Below, piece after piece: positions 1 to 8,701 of a stretch of 62,146 nt of DNA. Positions within the stretch are counted from its first letter, which is position 1. Every line of letters begins with the position of its first letter. The position numbers and the translations under genes were made by a program. The DNA lies in the IMG/VR virus record IMGVR_UViG_3300021519_000009, positions 1 to 62,146 of that record; one strand, given 5' to 3'. The DNA is from a virus (Duplodnaviria; Caudoviricetes). The notes beneath the pieces were generated by a model. The model was given only the letters and a program-made list of their open reading frames with translations. It did not search any database and was not told where the DNA came from.

Positions 1-134
1 CCAAAGGCCCCCCCCCCCGTAAGGGGGGGGCCTGAAGTGTCCCAACCCGATGTGGGCTTGACGTCCCAATCTTTTTTGGCGTAGAAATCTGGAGCAAACT
101 GAAATGGCAAAATCGAAGAACTTCCAATCCTCAA
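1..134. repeat. Terminal direct repeat, left copy (probable circular-assembly overlap)
   Basis: Identical to 62014-62146 except that the poly-C run is 11 C here and 10 C there. Confidence 0.9.
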
Positions 135-736
135 CCGACCGGCAAAAGCCCACATCCATCGTCCGCAGCGGCACGGCCGCCCCCCAATGGCACATCACCC
201 CCGGCACGTTCATCGCGGGGCAGGAGGAGGTCGACAGCCTCGACCTCGTGGCGATCGAGATGGAGCGGAAGTGGGGATCCGGCCGCCTGCGCCTCCTCGT
301 CCCGCAAGACTTGCGCGAGAAGTTCGATAGGCAAAGATACCTAACCAATCAGGCTATCTGGCACGGGGGCCTCGAGGACGTCCGCCAGCAGTGCCGTCGC
401 ATGGTGTCGGCGTGGAGGGCTCTGGATCGCGCTGCGGAGGCCGCTGGCGGCAAAGTCGTCGAGCCCGTGGTCTGGGAGGTCACGGGCAAGTCTGGGGCCG
501 TGTACGCCCTCGTGCGCTCATTTGACGACGCGCGGCTTGTCCAGCCCGATGGGAGGCAGGTCGTGGTGTACTCCCTCGACGAGATTGCGACCCTCCTCGA
601 TGGCTACCCGGAGATCGCCAAGGCCAAGGCCGTCTTCCCCGGCGCGTCGGTCGAGTACGTGCGTCGGCACGTCGGCGACCCGCTCGACGCGCTGCCGGAC
701 AGCCTCGCGCCGATCGACGAGTTGCCGTTTGACTAA
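104..736 (+). CDS. Hypothetical protein downstream of primase-helicase and candidate origin
   Basis: 210-aa ORF; GGAG RBS at 91-94; GC3-rich codons. Confidence 0.75.
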   Translation: MAKSKNFQSSTDRQKPTSIVRSGTAAPQWHITPGTFIAGQEEVDSLDLVAIEMERKWGSGRLRLLVPQDLREKFDRQRYLTNQAIWHGGLEDVRQQCRRMVSAWRALDRAAEAAGGKVVEPVVWEVTGKSGAVYALVRSFDDARLVQPDGRQVVVYSLDEIATLLDGYPEIAKAKAVFPGASVEYVRRHVGDPLDALPDSLAPIDELPFD

Positions 737-819
737 ATTCGGAAGAACAGGGGGTCTGATCCAATAATGTTCCGCGCATTGAAAATTTTCGGAACATTAA
801 AACATTTTTGCAAAAGTCG

Positions 820-850
820 CTTGACACGCGACCAGCGGTCGGCATATAAG
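820..850 (+). promoter_or_regulatory. Sigma70-type promoter with palindromic spacer
   Basis: CTTGAC-N17-CATATA; CGACC-AGC-GGTCG inside the spacer; AGGAG RBS before ATG 884. Confidence 0.6.
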
Positions 851-883
851 GGGTCATCGAAGACGCAAACAGGAGATACGCAG

Positions 884-1321
884 ATGACCATCTCGACCAG
901 CACCAACATCCACGGCGTGACGCTCTCCGGCGACGACACGGACACTCGCCTGACCAGCAAGGTGGGCGACTACACCGGCTCGAAGTCGAACCCCTTCGTG
1001 ACACTGACCCTCACCTGCGGCGGGACGGAATTTCAAATATTCGTCCCGGCTGCAGATCTTGATGCCGCTAATCGCATTTCGCTGGCGATCAACGGCCCGA
1101 AAGTTGTCGAGGAGGTCGATCTGGTCGCGGGCGTCAAGGCAATGTGCGGCGAGAAGTACGAAAATGGTTGGTGCGATCTTGTCATCGAAACAATGAGCGA
1201 CAATGAAATTTCGGAGGTGATCAAGGGCGCGCGCACGGTCAGCGGCGCATTCAAGAAGCTGGGGCAACGCTGGGGTGCGTATGCAGAACGCCGCCGTGAA
1301 GTTCAATCTGAAGCATTCTGA
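884..1321 (+). CDS. Hypothetical early protein
   Basis: ATG 884 with AACAGGAG RBS, in frame with listed ORF 767-1321. Confidence 0.7.
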   Translation: MTISTSTNIHGVTLSGDDTDTRLTSKVGDYTGSKSNPFVTLTLTCGGTEFQIFVPAADLDAANRISLAINGPKVVEEVDLVAGVKAMCGEKYENGWCDLVIETMSDNEISEVIKGARTVSGAFKKLGQRWGAYAERRREVQSEAF

Positions 1322-1329
1322 TCCATAGC

Positions 1330-1345
1330 GGGGGCTTCGGCCCCC
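1330..1345 (+). other. GC hairpin with UUCG tetraloop (no U-tract)
   Basis: GGGGGC-TTCG-GCCCCC between two genes. Confidence 0.55.
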
Positions 1346-1377
1346 ACCCACTCCCTTCCCCAAACAGGAAACAGACC

Positions 1378-1812
1378 ATGAAAATCAACCTCACTCGAAC
1401 AGACGCCAACGTCGCCGCCGTCAATGCCGCCCTCGCGGACGTCAATGGCAAGGCTTCAGCCTTCGCCATCACGTCATGGGCGCAGGTCATGGAGGTCGCG
1501 CAGGAGGCCGAGAGGCGGCTTGAGGCGGCCGGACTGCCCAAGGCGACTCGGAAGGGCGCTGTGGTCGCCTACAGGCCCGCTGGGCCGTCTGCGAAGGCCT
1601 ACAAGTATGCCGCCCGCTCAACACGGGTCACAATCACTCGCGGGTCGTCAGACTGGTATCTGACCGACGTGCAGGCTGTGAGCGTCTACCCGCGCAGTGT
1701 AGAGCAGACCGCCACCAATATCTCGCCCGAGCAGCGGGCCATCATCATCGACCACGCCCTCGAGGCGTTCCGCGTCGTCGCGCCTGTCGCACAGTCGGAG
1801 GTGGTGGCATGA
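1378..1812 (+). CDS. Hypothetical protein
   Basis: 144-aa ORF; AACAGGA RBS. Confidence 0.75.
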   Translation: MKINLTRTDANVAAVNAALADVNGKASAFAITSWAQVMEVAQEAERRLEAAGLPKATRKGAVVAYRPAGPSAKAYKYAARSTRVTITRGSSDWYLTDVQAVSVYPRSVEQTATNISPEQRAIIIDHALEAFRVVAPVAQSEVVA

Positions 1813-2066
1813 AGACCCCCACCATTCACATCAACGGCACGTCTCGACAGGATCTCGTCGAGCAGTACGTGAACGCGCGCTCGGCCCTGCACGAGGCTAT
1901 AAGGGCCATGCAAGCCACAGCGCCTAATGGCCGGGATTACTATCCCCAAGGACTGCAGGCCATCCACGAGGCGTCTTCTGAGCATCAGGAGCGCTTGTAC
2001 AAACTTGAAGTGATGGCGGGCGAGATGTTTGACCTCGCTCTCGCCTGCAACGAGGACGCCACATGA
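1809..2066 (+). CDS. Hypothetical protein
   Basis: ATGA overlap with upstream gene; PTIHINGTS...APNGRDYY. Confidence 0.75.
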   Translation: MKTPTIHINGTSRQDLVEQYVNARSALHEAIRAMQATAPNGRDYYPQGLQAIHEASSEHQERLYKLEVMAGEMFDLALACNEDAT

Positions 2067-2134
2067 CCCGCCTCGTTCTCGAACTGCTGGCGCTCGCCAG
2101 CGTCCTCACCCTCGTTGCATTGGTGACGCCATGA
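2063..2134 (+). CDS. 23-aa hydrophobic micropeptide MTRLVLELLALASVLTLVALVTP
   Basis: ATGA overlaps with both neighbours; not in the ORF track. Confidence 0.55.
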   Translation: MTRLVLELLALASVLTLVALVTP

Positions 2135-2337
2135 CCAAGGAAGAGTTCAAAGCTATCCGCTTATCGCTGGGCTACAGCCAGCCGGCGTTCGCCGAAGCGC
2201 TCGGGATCAAGACGCGCCGGACGATTCAACGCTACGAGGCGGGCGCGCGCGTCGTGCCTCGTACTGTTGTCCTGCTGCTCGAGAGCGTCGGGGCCGTCAA
2301 ACCCAATAAAAAGGCTGTGACCGTCGGTCCAGACTGA
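2131..2337 (+). CDS. XRE/Cro-family helix-turn-helix protein
   Basis: MTKEEFKAIRLSLGYSQPAFAEALGIKTRRTIQRYEAG..VP. Confidence 0.85.
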   Translation: MTKEEFKAIRLSLGYSQPAFAEALGIKTRRTIQRYEAGARVVPRTVVLLLESVGAVKPNKKAVTVGPD

Positions 2338-2413
2338 CTGTGACCAACGGTGACCATTGGGTGCGACCAATGGTGACTAGTCATGTGACCGATGGTGTCG
2401 CGTCCGCCGGTCA
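2318..2413. repeat. Array of GACC-N3-GGT quasi-palindromes upstream of terS
   Basis: About six copies at 2319, 2342, 2352, 2365, 2387 and 2402, plus TGACTAGTCA at 2374. Confidence 0.65.
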
Positions 2414-2476
2414 CCGTTGACGCGCCATGTCGTCGTGATCTAATCTCCCTGCAGCTTCATCGCTGCACGGGGGATT

Positions 2477-3007
2477 TTGCGCGTGGGTCGAGCCGTCAAG
2501 CAGGTCCAGCCAATTGCCCAGAAGCGGCCCGCGCATCGGCCGCCGCGCATTCCGTACACGCCTGACCTTGGCGACAGGATATTCGAGGGCATGGCTGCCG
2601 GCCGCGATCTGTCCGACATCCTACGCGATCCGGATATGCCGCCGCCGTCGACTGTTTACGGGTGGATGGATCAGCACCCAGAGTTCCAACGAAAGTGCGC
2701 GCGCGGGCGCGAAGCTCTCGCTGAGTACGAGCTAACCCGCGCTCGCAAGCTGGCGGACGCCTGCGACGTCGGTAATGTCGACGTCACCCGCGTCAAGCTC
2801 TCGCATCTGCAGTGGCGGATCCCGAAGATCGCGCCGCGCACGTATGGCGACAAGTCGAGCATCACGACCGACACGACGGTCACGGTGAAGCAGGCTCCGC
2901 TTGACCTGTCCGCGCTCCCGTACGAGCAGCGGCAGGCGCTGAAGGCTGTTTTAGTCAATCAAATGAAGACGATAGAGCACTCGCCTCATGTAGAGGATGA
3001 AGAGTGA
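2477..3007 (+). CDS. terS: Terminase small subunit
   Basis: HTH-like GRDLSDILRDPDMPPPSTVYGW and K(I)APRTYGDK motif; directly upstream of terL; start codon uncertain. Confidence 0.8.
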   Translation: MRVGRAVKQVQPIAQKRPAHRPPRIPYTPDLGDRIFEGMAAGRDLSDILRDPDMPPPSTVYGWMDQHPEFQRKCARGREALAEYELTRARKLADACDVGNVDVTRVKLSHLQWRIPKIAPRTYGDKSSITTDTTVTVKQAPLDLSALPYEQRQALKAVLVNQMKTIEHSPHVEDEE

Positions 3008-4698
3008 CCATCGCCCTGCCGCCTCACCTCGAAGGACGGTCCATCCAGGAGACGATCCTCGAGCTGGAGCGGCTTGAGTATGAGGACTCGCTGTACGACT
3101 TCACGGTGGCTGCGTGGCCAAACATCGACAGCGCCCCCTTCGCGCATGGTGGGTATGCTCTGCAGGCCATTTGCGAGCATCTGGAGTCATGCGCTGAAGG
3201 ATACATCCCTAACCTCCTGATCAACGTCCCGCCCAGGTTCTCGAAGTCCACAATCTGCGGCGTCATGTTCCCCGCGTGGGTATGGGCGCAGCGCATGAAG
3301 TCCATGTTGCTTGGCCCTGGCGCTCAGTTCCTGTGCGCTGGTTACGCCATGCCGCTCTCGCTTCAGGACAGCGTCAAGTGCCGCTCCCTCATCCAGTCTG
3401 ACTGGTATCAGAAATATTGGGGTGATCGGTTCGTGCTGGTGGGCGACCAGAATACCAAGACGCGATTCCAGAACGACAAGAACGGTATCCGCAATACGGT
3501 GTCGGTTGGTGGCGCAACAACTGGGCTTGGCGGCTCGTACCTTATTGGCGACGATCTGAACAATTCTGCCGACGCCAACAGCGAAGCTATCATCGAGAGC
3601 ACCATAAACTGGTGGGATACCGCGTGGTACAATCGACTAAATAATTCAAAGCCCGGATTCGGCTGCCGCATCGTCATCGCGCAGCGGTTGAGCCAGGAAG
3701 ATATTTGTGGCCACGTCCTCGAGAAGCAGATCGGCGACTGGACGCACCTTTGCCTTCCCATGCGCTACGAGCCGGATCGCTCATTCCATACTGTGCTCGT
3801 GCCTGGCTGGGCGACTGAAGATGGCGAGCCGATCACATGGAAAGACCCGCGCACAAAGGAGGGCGAACTGCTCTGGCCCGAGCGGTTCGACGAGCAGCAG
3901 GTACGGTTGCTTGAACGTACGCTAGGCCCTACGGCTGCGGCCGGCCAGCTTCAGCAGCGCCCCGAGGTCAAGGGCGGCGGCGTCATCAAGCGCGACTGGT
4001 GGCAGTTGTGGCCGCATGACGCCTATCCGCCGATGGACCTCGTCGTCGCGTCGCTCGACACTGCTTACACAACCAAGACCGAGAACGACTACAGCGCCCT
4101 CACGGTCTGGGGCGTCTTTTCTGGAGCGCCTGAGTCCGGCGTCACGCAGATGCGCGATCGCTACGGCAAGGTCATCGACATGCAGACGAGCAAAGGCAAC
4201 GCCAGCGACGCTGTGCCGCGGGTGGTGCTGATGGCTGCCTGGCAGGAGCGGCTCGAGCTTCATGACCTCGTCGAGAAGGTCTTGCATACATGCAAGCTTC
4301 TCAAGTCGATCGACATCCTGCTGATCGAGGACAAGGCCGCCGGCCATTCCGTCGCGCAGGAAATCCGTCGCCTGTACGGCGCGTCCGACTTCGCCGTGCA
4401 GCTGCAGAACCCCGGCGCTCAGGACAAGCTGGCGCGTCTGTACTCGGTCCAGCATTTGTTCGCTGAAGGCCTCATCTACGCGCCTGATCGGTCGTGGGCC
4501 GACATGGTCATCACGCAGGTGGCGGCTTTCCCCAAAGCAAAACACGATGACCTCGTCGACTGCGTTAGTTCATCTCTAAACTACCTCCGCACCACCGGCA
4601 TCCTCATCCGATCGCAGGAGCGGCTCGCTGAGATCGAGGCGACGAAGCTCGACTACAAATCCAATCGCATGGCGGCCGAGCCGCTTTATTCGTGTTAG
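3004..4698 (+). CDS. terL: Terminase large subunit
   Basis: NVPPRFSKST Walker A, LIGDD Walker B, QLQQRP, SLDTA and HDDLVD nuclease motifs. Confidence 0.95.
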   Translation: MTIALPPHLEGRSIQETILELERLEYEDSLYDFTVAAWPNIDSAPFAHGGYALQAICEHLESCAEGYIPNLLINVPPRFSKSTICGVMFPAWVWAQRMKSMLLGPGAQFLCAGYAMPLSLQDSVKCRSLIQSDWYQKYWGDRFVLVGDQNTKTRFQNDKNGIRNTVSVGGATTGLGGSYLIGDDLNNSADANSEAIIESTINWWDTAWYNRLNNSKPGFGCRIVIAQRLSQEDICGHVLEKQIGDWTHLCLPMRYEPDRSFHTVLVPGWATEDGEPITWKDPRTKEGELLWPERFDEQQVRLLERTLGPTAAAGQLQQRPEVKGGGVIKRDWWQLWPHDAYPPMDLVVASLDTAYTTKTENDYSALTVWGVFSGAPESGVTQMRDRYGKVIDMQTSKGNASDAVPRVVLMAAWQERLELHDLVEKVLHTCKLLKSIDILLIEDKAAGHSVAQEIRRLYGASDFAVQLQNPGAQDKLARLYSVQHLFAEGLIYAPDRSWADMVITQVAAFPKAKHDDLVDCVSSSLNYLRTTGILIRSQERLAEIEATKLDYKSNRMAAEPLYSC

Positions 4699-4707
4699 GG
4701 GGGCTGC

Positions 4708-4947
4708 ATGCGCATCCACGCCACTGCCTTCGCTGATGTCATCACCGCCAGCACCGACGACATGCCGGGTCTGTGGGACGTCGAGGTCTACGGCCTCGCC
4801 CCGCACGACATCACGATGAAGTTCGAGGTGATGACCTACCACGAGAAAGATGCGTGCGAGATGGGCATCAAGCGGTTCATCGAGCAATACGAATCATGGG
4901 CGCGCGAGGTCGGAGCCGATCTGACGCCTGAGCAGAGGTGTAACTAA
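4708..4947 (+). CDS. Hypothetical protein
   Basis: 79-aa ORF filling the terL-portal interval. Confidence 0.6.
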   Translation: MRIHATAFADVITASTDDMPGLWDVEVYGLAPHDITMKFEVMTYHEKDACEMGIKRFIEQYESWAREVGADLTPEQRCN

Positions 4948-5301
4948 ATGCGCGTGACGGCGACACATCCGACAGCGGAAGAAGACGCTAAGTGGACGGA
5001 GCAGCTCCGCGTCAATAATCCTGATCATCCGGACAGAGGGACCAGGGCGCGCATTGGAGATCTTACCACGTACACCAATGGCCGCCTGGCCAAGTGGTAT
5101 CCAATCTCGACTGCACCACAAGACGGGATGTCCTTCCTTGGCGTCAACGTCGTCTTCATCGCCGTCATGCATTGGGACGAGAAGCGAGAGCTTTTCGTGT
5201 GTGATGATCATCGCGATGGCTGGCCCGAGTATTGGATGCCGTTGCCCCCGCATCCAATTTGGGGCGCACGATACGCCGCCCCGACCGACGAAGAGGTGTA
5301 A
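4948..5301 (+). CDS. DUF551-like protein
   Basis: WYPISTAPQDG...YWMPLPP motif; flanked by 14-bp direct repeats. Confidence 0.65.
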   Translation: MRVTATHPTAEEDAKWTEQLRVNNPDHPDRGTRARIGDLTTYTNGRLAKWYPISTAPQDGMSFLGVNVVFIAVMHWDEKRELFVCDDHRDGWPEYWMPLPPHPIWGARYAAPTDEEV

Positions 5302-5306
5302 CTAAC

Positions 5307-7754
5307 ATGGCCGGACTTGTCCCGAGCGGCTTTAATCCCAGCCCCAACCTGCGGCTGGTGCCGACGCTTGGACAAGTGGACGCCGAACCGCAGCAGATCG
5401 ATCTACCTGAAGTCTCCGTTGCTGTCTCCAACGACAATGGCGACATGCCCGAGTATGACGAGAAGGGCGCGCTCCTCAAGATCAAGCACGCTGACGGCAG
5501 CGTCACTGTCTCGGTCGACGGCAAGCCGCTTGTCGATGCGAAGAAGGACAAGCCTGAAGGCTGGTACGCCAACCTCGTTGACGACATCGACGAGATGGAA
5601 CTGAGCCGCATCGCTGATGACTTGCTGCGTGGCGTGGATGACGACATCGAGTCACGCAAGGACTGGATCGACACGCGCGCCAAGGGCCTCATGATGCTCG
5701 GCATCAAGCTCGAGGTGCCGGGCCTTGGCGGGTCGTCTGACGGCGCTCCCGTCGAAGGCATGAGCAAGGTCCGCCATCCGTTGCTTCTCGAGGCTGTCCT
5801 TCGCTTCCAGGCTAATGCGCGATCCGAATTGCTGCCAACTGATGGGCCAGTGAAGATCCGCAACGACAACAACAACGCCGACCTGTCGCAGGACCAGCTT
5901 GCCAACGCTCTCGAGCGCGACGCCAATCATTACCTGACCAGCACCGCCAGCGAATATTATCCCGATACCGACCGCATGCTGCTCATGCTGGGCTTTGGCG
6001 GGACCGCCTTCAAGAAGGTGTACTACTGCCCGCTGCGCAATCGACCTGTCAGCGAGTCGGTTGACGCTGAAGACCTGATTGTCAACGACGCTGCGACTGA
6101 CTTGCAGAATGCGCGACGTGTCACGCATCGCATCATGATGAAGCCTTCGACCGTCAAGAGGTTCCAGATCCTTGGCGTGTATCGCGACGTTGAATTGGAT
6201 ACGCCAAAGCAGGTTACGCTCGACGCGGCGCAGCAGTTCAAGAAGGACCAGCAGGGCATCGCGATCAATGCGTCGAACCCCGACGATCGCATGCGCGAGA
6301 TTTACGAGTGCTACTGCGAACTCGACGTGAAGGGCGAGGAACATACGTTGAAGGGCCACGAGACAGGCCTCGAGATTCCGTACCGCGTCACGATCGATGT
6401 GTCGTCGCGCAAGGTTCTGTCGATCGTCCGCAATTACGCCGAGGATGACGCGGAACTGCCCGAAGCGCACATGCCGTTCACCAAGTACACGTTCGTGCCG
6501 GGCCTTGGCTTCTACGACATTGGTCTTGTCCATATTCTCGGCAACACCACGAACGCCATCACCGCGGCGTGGCGTGAACTGCTCGACGCCGGCATGTACG
6601 CCAACTTCCCCGGCTTCCTGATGGCTGACACGGGCGCGAGGCAGAACACCAACATCTTCCGCATTCCTCCCGGTGGCGGCGCTCTCGTCAAGACGGGGGG
6701 AATGGCGATCAATCAGGCTGTGATGGCTCTTCCGTACAAGGAGCCGTCTGGCGCGTTGATGTCACTCGTTGATAACATGGCGCAGACCGGCATGCGGATC
6801 GGCGGCACGTCCGAGGCCCAGGTCGGCGAGGGCCGGGCAGACGCTCCGGTCGGCACGACGCTGGCGATGATCGAGCAGGCCGCGAAGGTGCTGAACGCTG
6901 TTCACAAGCGTATGCACGCGGCGCAGGCTGACGAGTTCCGCAAATTGATGCATTGCTTCAAGGAGCATCCGAACAGCTTCTGGCAAAAGAACCGCAAGCC
7001 GACATATCCGTGGGACGAAGCGACGTTCGTGAAGGCGCTTGAGGATTATGACTTGACGCCGCAGGCAGACCCGAACACGGCGTCGCACGGACAGCGCGTC
7101 ATGAAGATCATTGCACTAAAGCAGCTTCAGGCCGCGAATCCGACCATGTACGACCCGATTGCGATCGACACCGCGGCCATGCAGGCCATGGGTTGGAGCA
7201 ATCCGCAGCAGTTCTTTGCGCCGCCGAGCGCACAGGCAGCGCCGCCCCCCGAGATGCAGAAGCAGATCGCGGAGATGCAGATCAAGAAGCAGGACGCTGA
7301 CTCTCGCACGATGACGGCTCAGGCTAATGCAGCGAAGGTGCAGTCCGAGATCACGCAAGGGCCAAACGGCGCGCCGCAGACGACGCCGGCCAACGAGGCT
7401 GAGATGATGACCGCGCAGGCCAAGCTGATCGACGCGCAGGTGAAGGCTCGCGGCGCGCCTCCGGAGCCGGGTCCGTCGCCTGTCGACATGATGAACGCGC
7501 AGACGAAGGCAATGGAGGCGCAGAACGAGGCGCGCGACCTGGCTGTCAGGCATGCGCAGAACATCCTCGAGGCGCAGAACCATCAGGTGGACGCGCAGTC
7601 GAACATCAAGGAAGAGACGATCCGGTTTGCTCACGACGCGCATTCGGACGCGCAGTCGCTGAAGCAGCAGGAACTGGTGAATAAGGGCGAGCAGATCAAG
7701 GCGCAGGCCGCCCGTTCGAAACTTGACGCCATGCGGAAGGCGAAGAAGCCATGA
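5307..7754 (+). CDS. Portal protein
   Basis: Follows terL; HPLLLEAVLRFQA, GLGFYDIGL and PVGTTLAMIEQ motifs; long helical C-terminus; ATG 5307 with GAGG RBS. Confidence 0.88.
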   Translation: MAGLVPSGFNPSPNLRLVPTLGQVDAEPQQIDLPEVSVAVSNDNGDMPEYDEKGALLKIKHADGSVTVSVDGKPLVDAKKDKPEGWYANLVDDIDEMELSRIADDLLRGVDDDIESRKDWIDTRAKGLMMLGIKLEVPGLGGSSDGAPVEGMSKVRHPLLLEAVLRFQANARSELLPTDGPVKIRNDNNNADLSQDQLANALERDANHYLTSTASEYYPDTDRMLLMLGFGGTAFKKVYYCPLRNRPVSESVDAEDLIVNDAATDLQNARRVTHRIMMKPSTVKRFQILGVYRDVELDTPKQVTLDAAQQFKKDQQGIAINASNPDDRMREIYECYCELDVKGEEHTLKGHETGLEIPYRVTIDVSSRKVLSIVRNYAEDDAELPEAHMPFTKYTFVPGLGFYDIGLVHILGNTTNAITAAWRELLDAGMYANFPGFLMADTGARQNTNIFRIPPGGGALVKTGGMAINQAVMALPYKEPSGALMSLVDNMAQTGMRIGGTSEAQVGEGRADAPVGTTLAMIEQAAKVLNAVHKRMHAAQADEFRKLMHCFKEHPNSFWQKNRKPTYPWDEATFVKALEDYDLTPQADPNTASHGQRVMKIIALKQLQAANPTMYDPIAIDTAAMQAMGWSNPQQFFAPPSAQAAPPPEMQKQIAEMQIKKQDADSRTMTAQANAAKVQSEITQGPNGAPQTTPANEAEMMTAQAKLIDAQVKARGAPPEPGPSPVDMMNAQTKAMEAQNEARDLAVRHAQNILEAQNHQVDAQSNIKEETIRFAHDAHSDAQSLKQQELVNKGEQIKAQAARSKLDAMRKAKKP

Positions 7755-8701
7755 GTGTAGCAGCAGACTTTCTGGAGTGGTTGTCGAAGAACGGCGGCAA
7801 GGGCCTGATGCGTGATAAGAAGACGGGCCGCATGCTGCCGCGACCGTCTGCGGCGGAGGGCGTGGCCGAGGGTCCGAACTTCGGCGGCCAGTATTCGGTC
7901 AAGGGCGGCGAGGGCATGGTGCGTCCGTCTGGTATCGCGGAGGGGCCTGAGTTTGGCGGCCCGTTCACGGCTCGAGGCGAGACGCTGGCTGGTCAGGGCG
8001 CGCCGTCAAAGGCGCTTGTGCCGGTTAGGCCGGCTGTTGAACCGCCACCGAACTTCACCATGGTCAATCCACCCGGCACATCTGTCGCGCCTCGTGCGTC
8101 GACTGACATCGCGCGGTTCCTCGAGGAGGCTGACGCCGCAGCGGCGAAGTCGGGGGCTGCTGCGTCGCGATGGATCCTGCCGGTGGCGGCTGGGGCTGCG
8201 GGGATCGGGGCCGCTGGAGTGTATAATGACCTTGGTCAGCCCGTTCCTTCCGGCGGTCCTCATCACATGCTGTCGGCTGCCGATGCGTATCGTCTCGGGA
8301 TGGCCAGTCCGCCGGCACCTGAGCCAGTTCCTTCTGGCGGTCCTCATCACATGCTGTCGGCTGCCGATGCGTATCGTCTCGGGATGGCCAGTCCGCAGCG
8401 TGACGTTCCCCTTCCTCCTCGGCGTCCGACAGAGTTGCAGCCGGGCCTGATGGACAGGATATTCAACGGCGGCAATTACCAGTCCAACGGGCGGCTTGTC
8501 AGCACGCCGACCGATGGCGCTCCAATCAACTGGGGCGATAACGATCGTGCGTCAGACTTCTTTCGCGCTGACCGTGAGTTGCAGGCGCGACGTGGGGCTG
8601 GCGAGGACATGGGCTTTGCCCGAGGCGGTATGCCGACCGCGCACGAGCAGGCGCTGCATAAAGCCATGCACATCATTCACCATCTGGTAACGCGCCGATG
8701 A
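7751..8701 (+). CDS. Low-complexity putative internal virion protein with C-terminal FARGG motif
   Basis: 316 aa, internal duplication, translationally coupled to portal and giant gene. Confidence 0.7.
   Translation: MSVAADFLEWLSKNGGKGLMRDKKTGRMLPRPSAAEGVAEGPNFGGQYSVKGGEGMVRPSGIAEGPEFGGPFTARGETLAGQGAPSKALVPVRPAVEPPPNFTMVNPPGTSVAPRASTDIARFLEEADAAAAKSGAAASRWILPVAAGAAGIGAAGVYNDLGQPVPSGGPHHMLSAADAYRLGMASPPAPEPVPSGGPHHMLSAADAYRLGMASPQRDVPLPPRRPTELQPGLMDRIFNGGNYQSNGRLVSTPTDGAPINWGDNDRASDFFRADRELQARRGAGEDMGFARGGMPTAHEQALHKAMHIIHHLVTRR
8243..8396 (+). repeat. 70-bp direct repeat, 84-bp period, in frame
   Basis: 8243-8312 vs 8327-8396, one mismatch; encodes PVPSGGPHHMLSAADAYRLGMASP twice. Confidence 0.95.

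Noticed and set aside
8243-8396. Possible DGR template/variable repeat pair
   Set aside because: Adjacent in-frame duplication with a single C/T difference; no reverse transcriptase in the window
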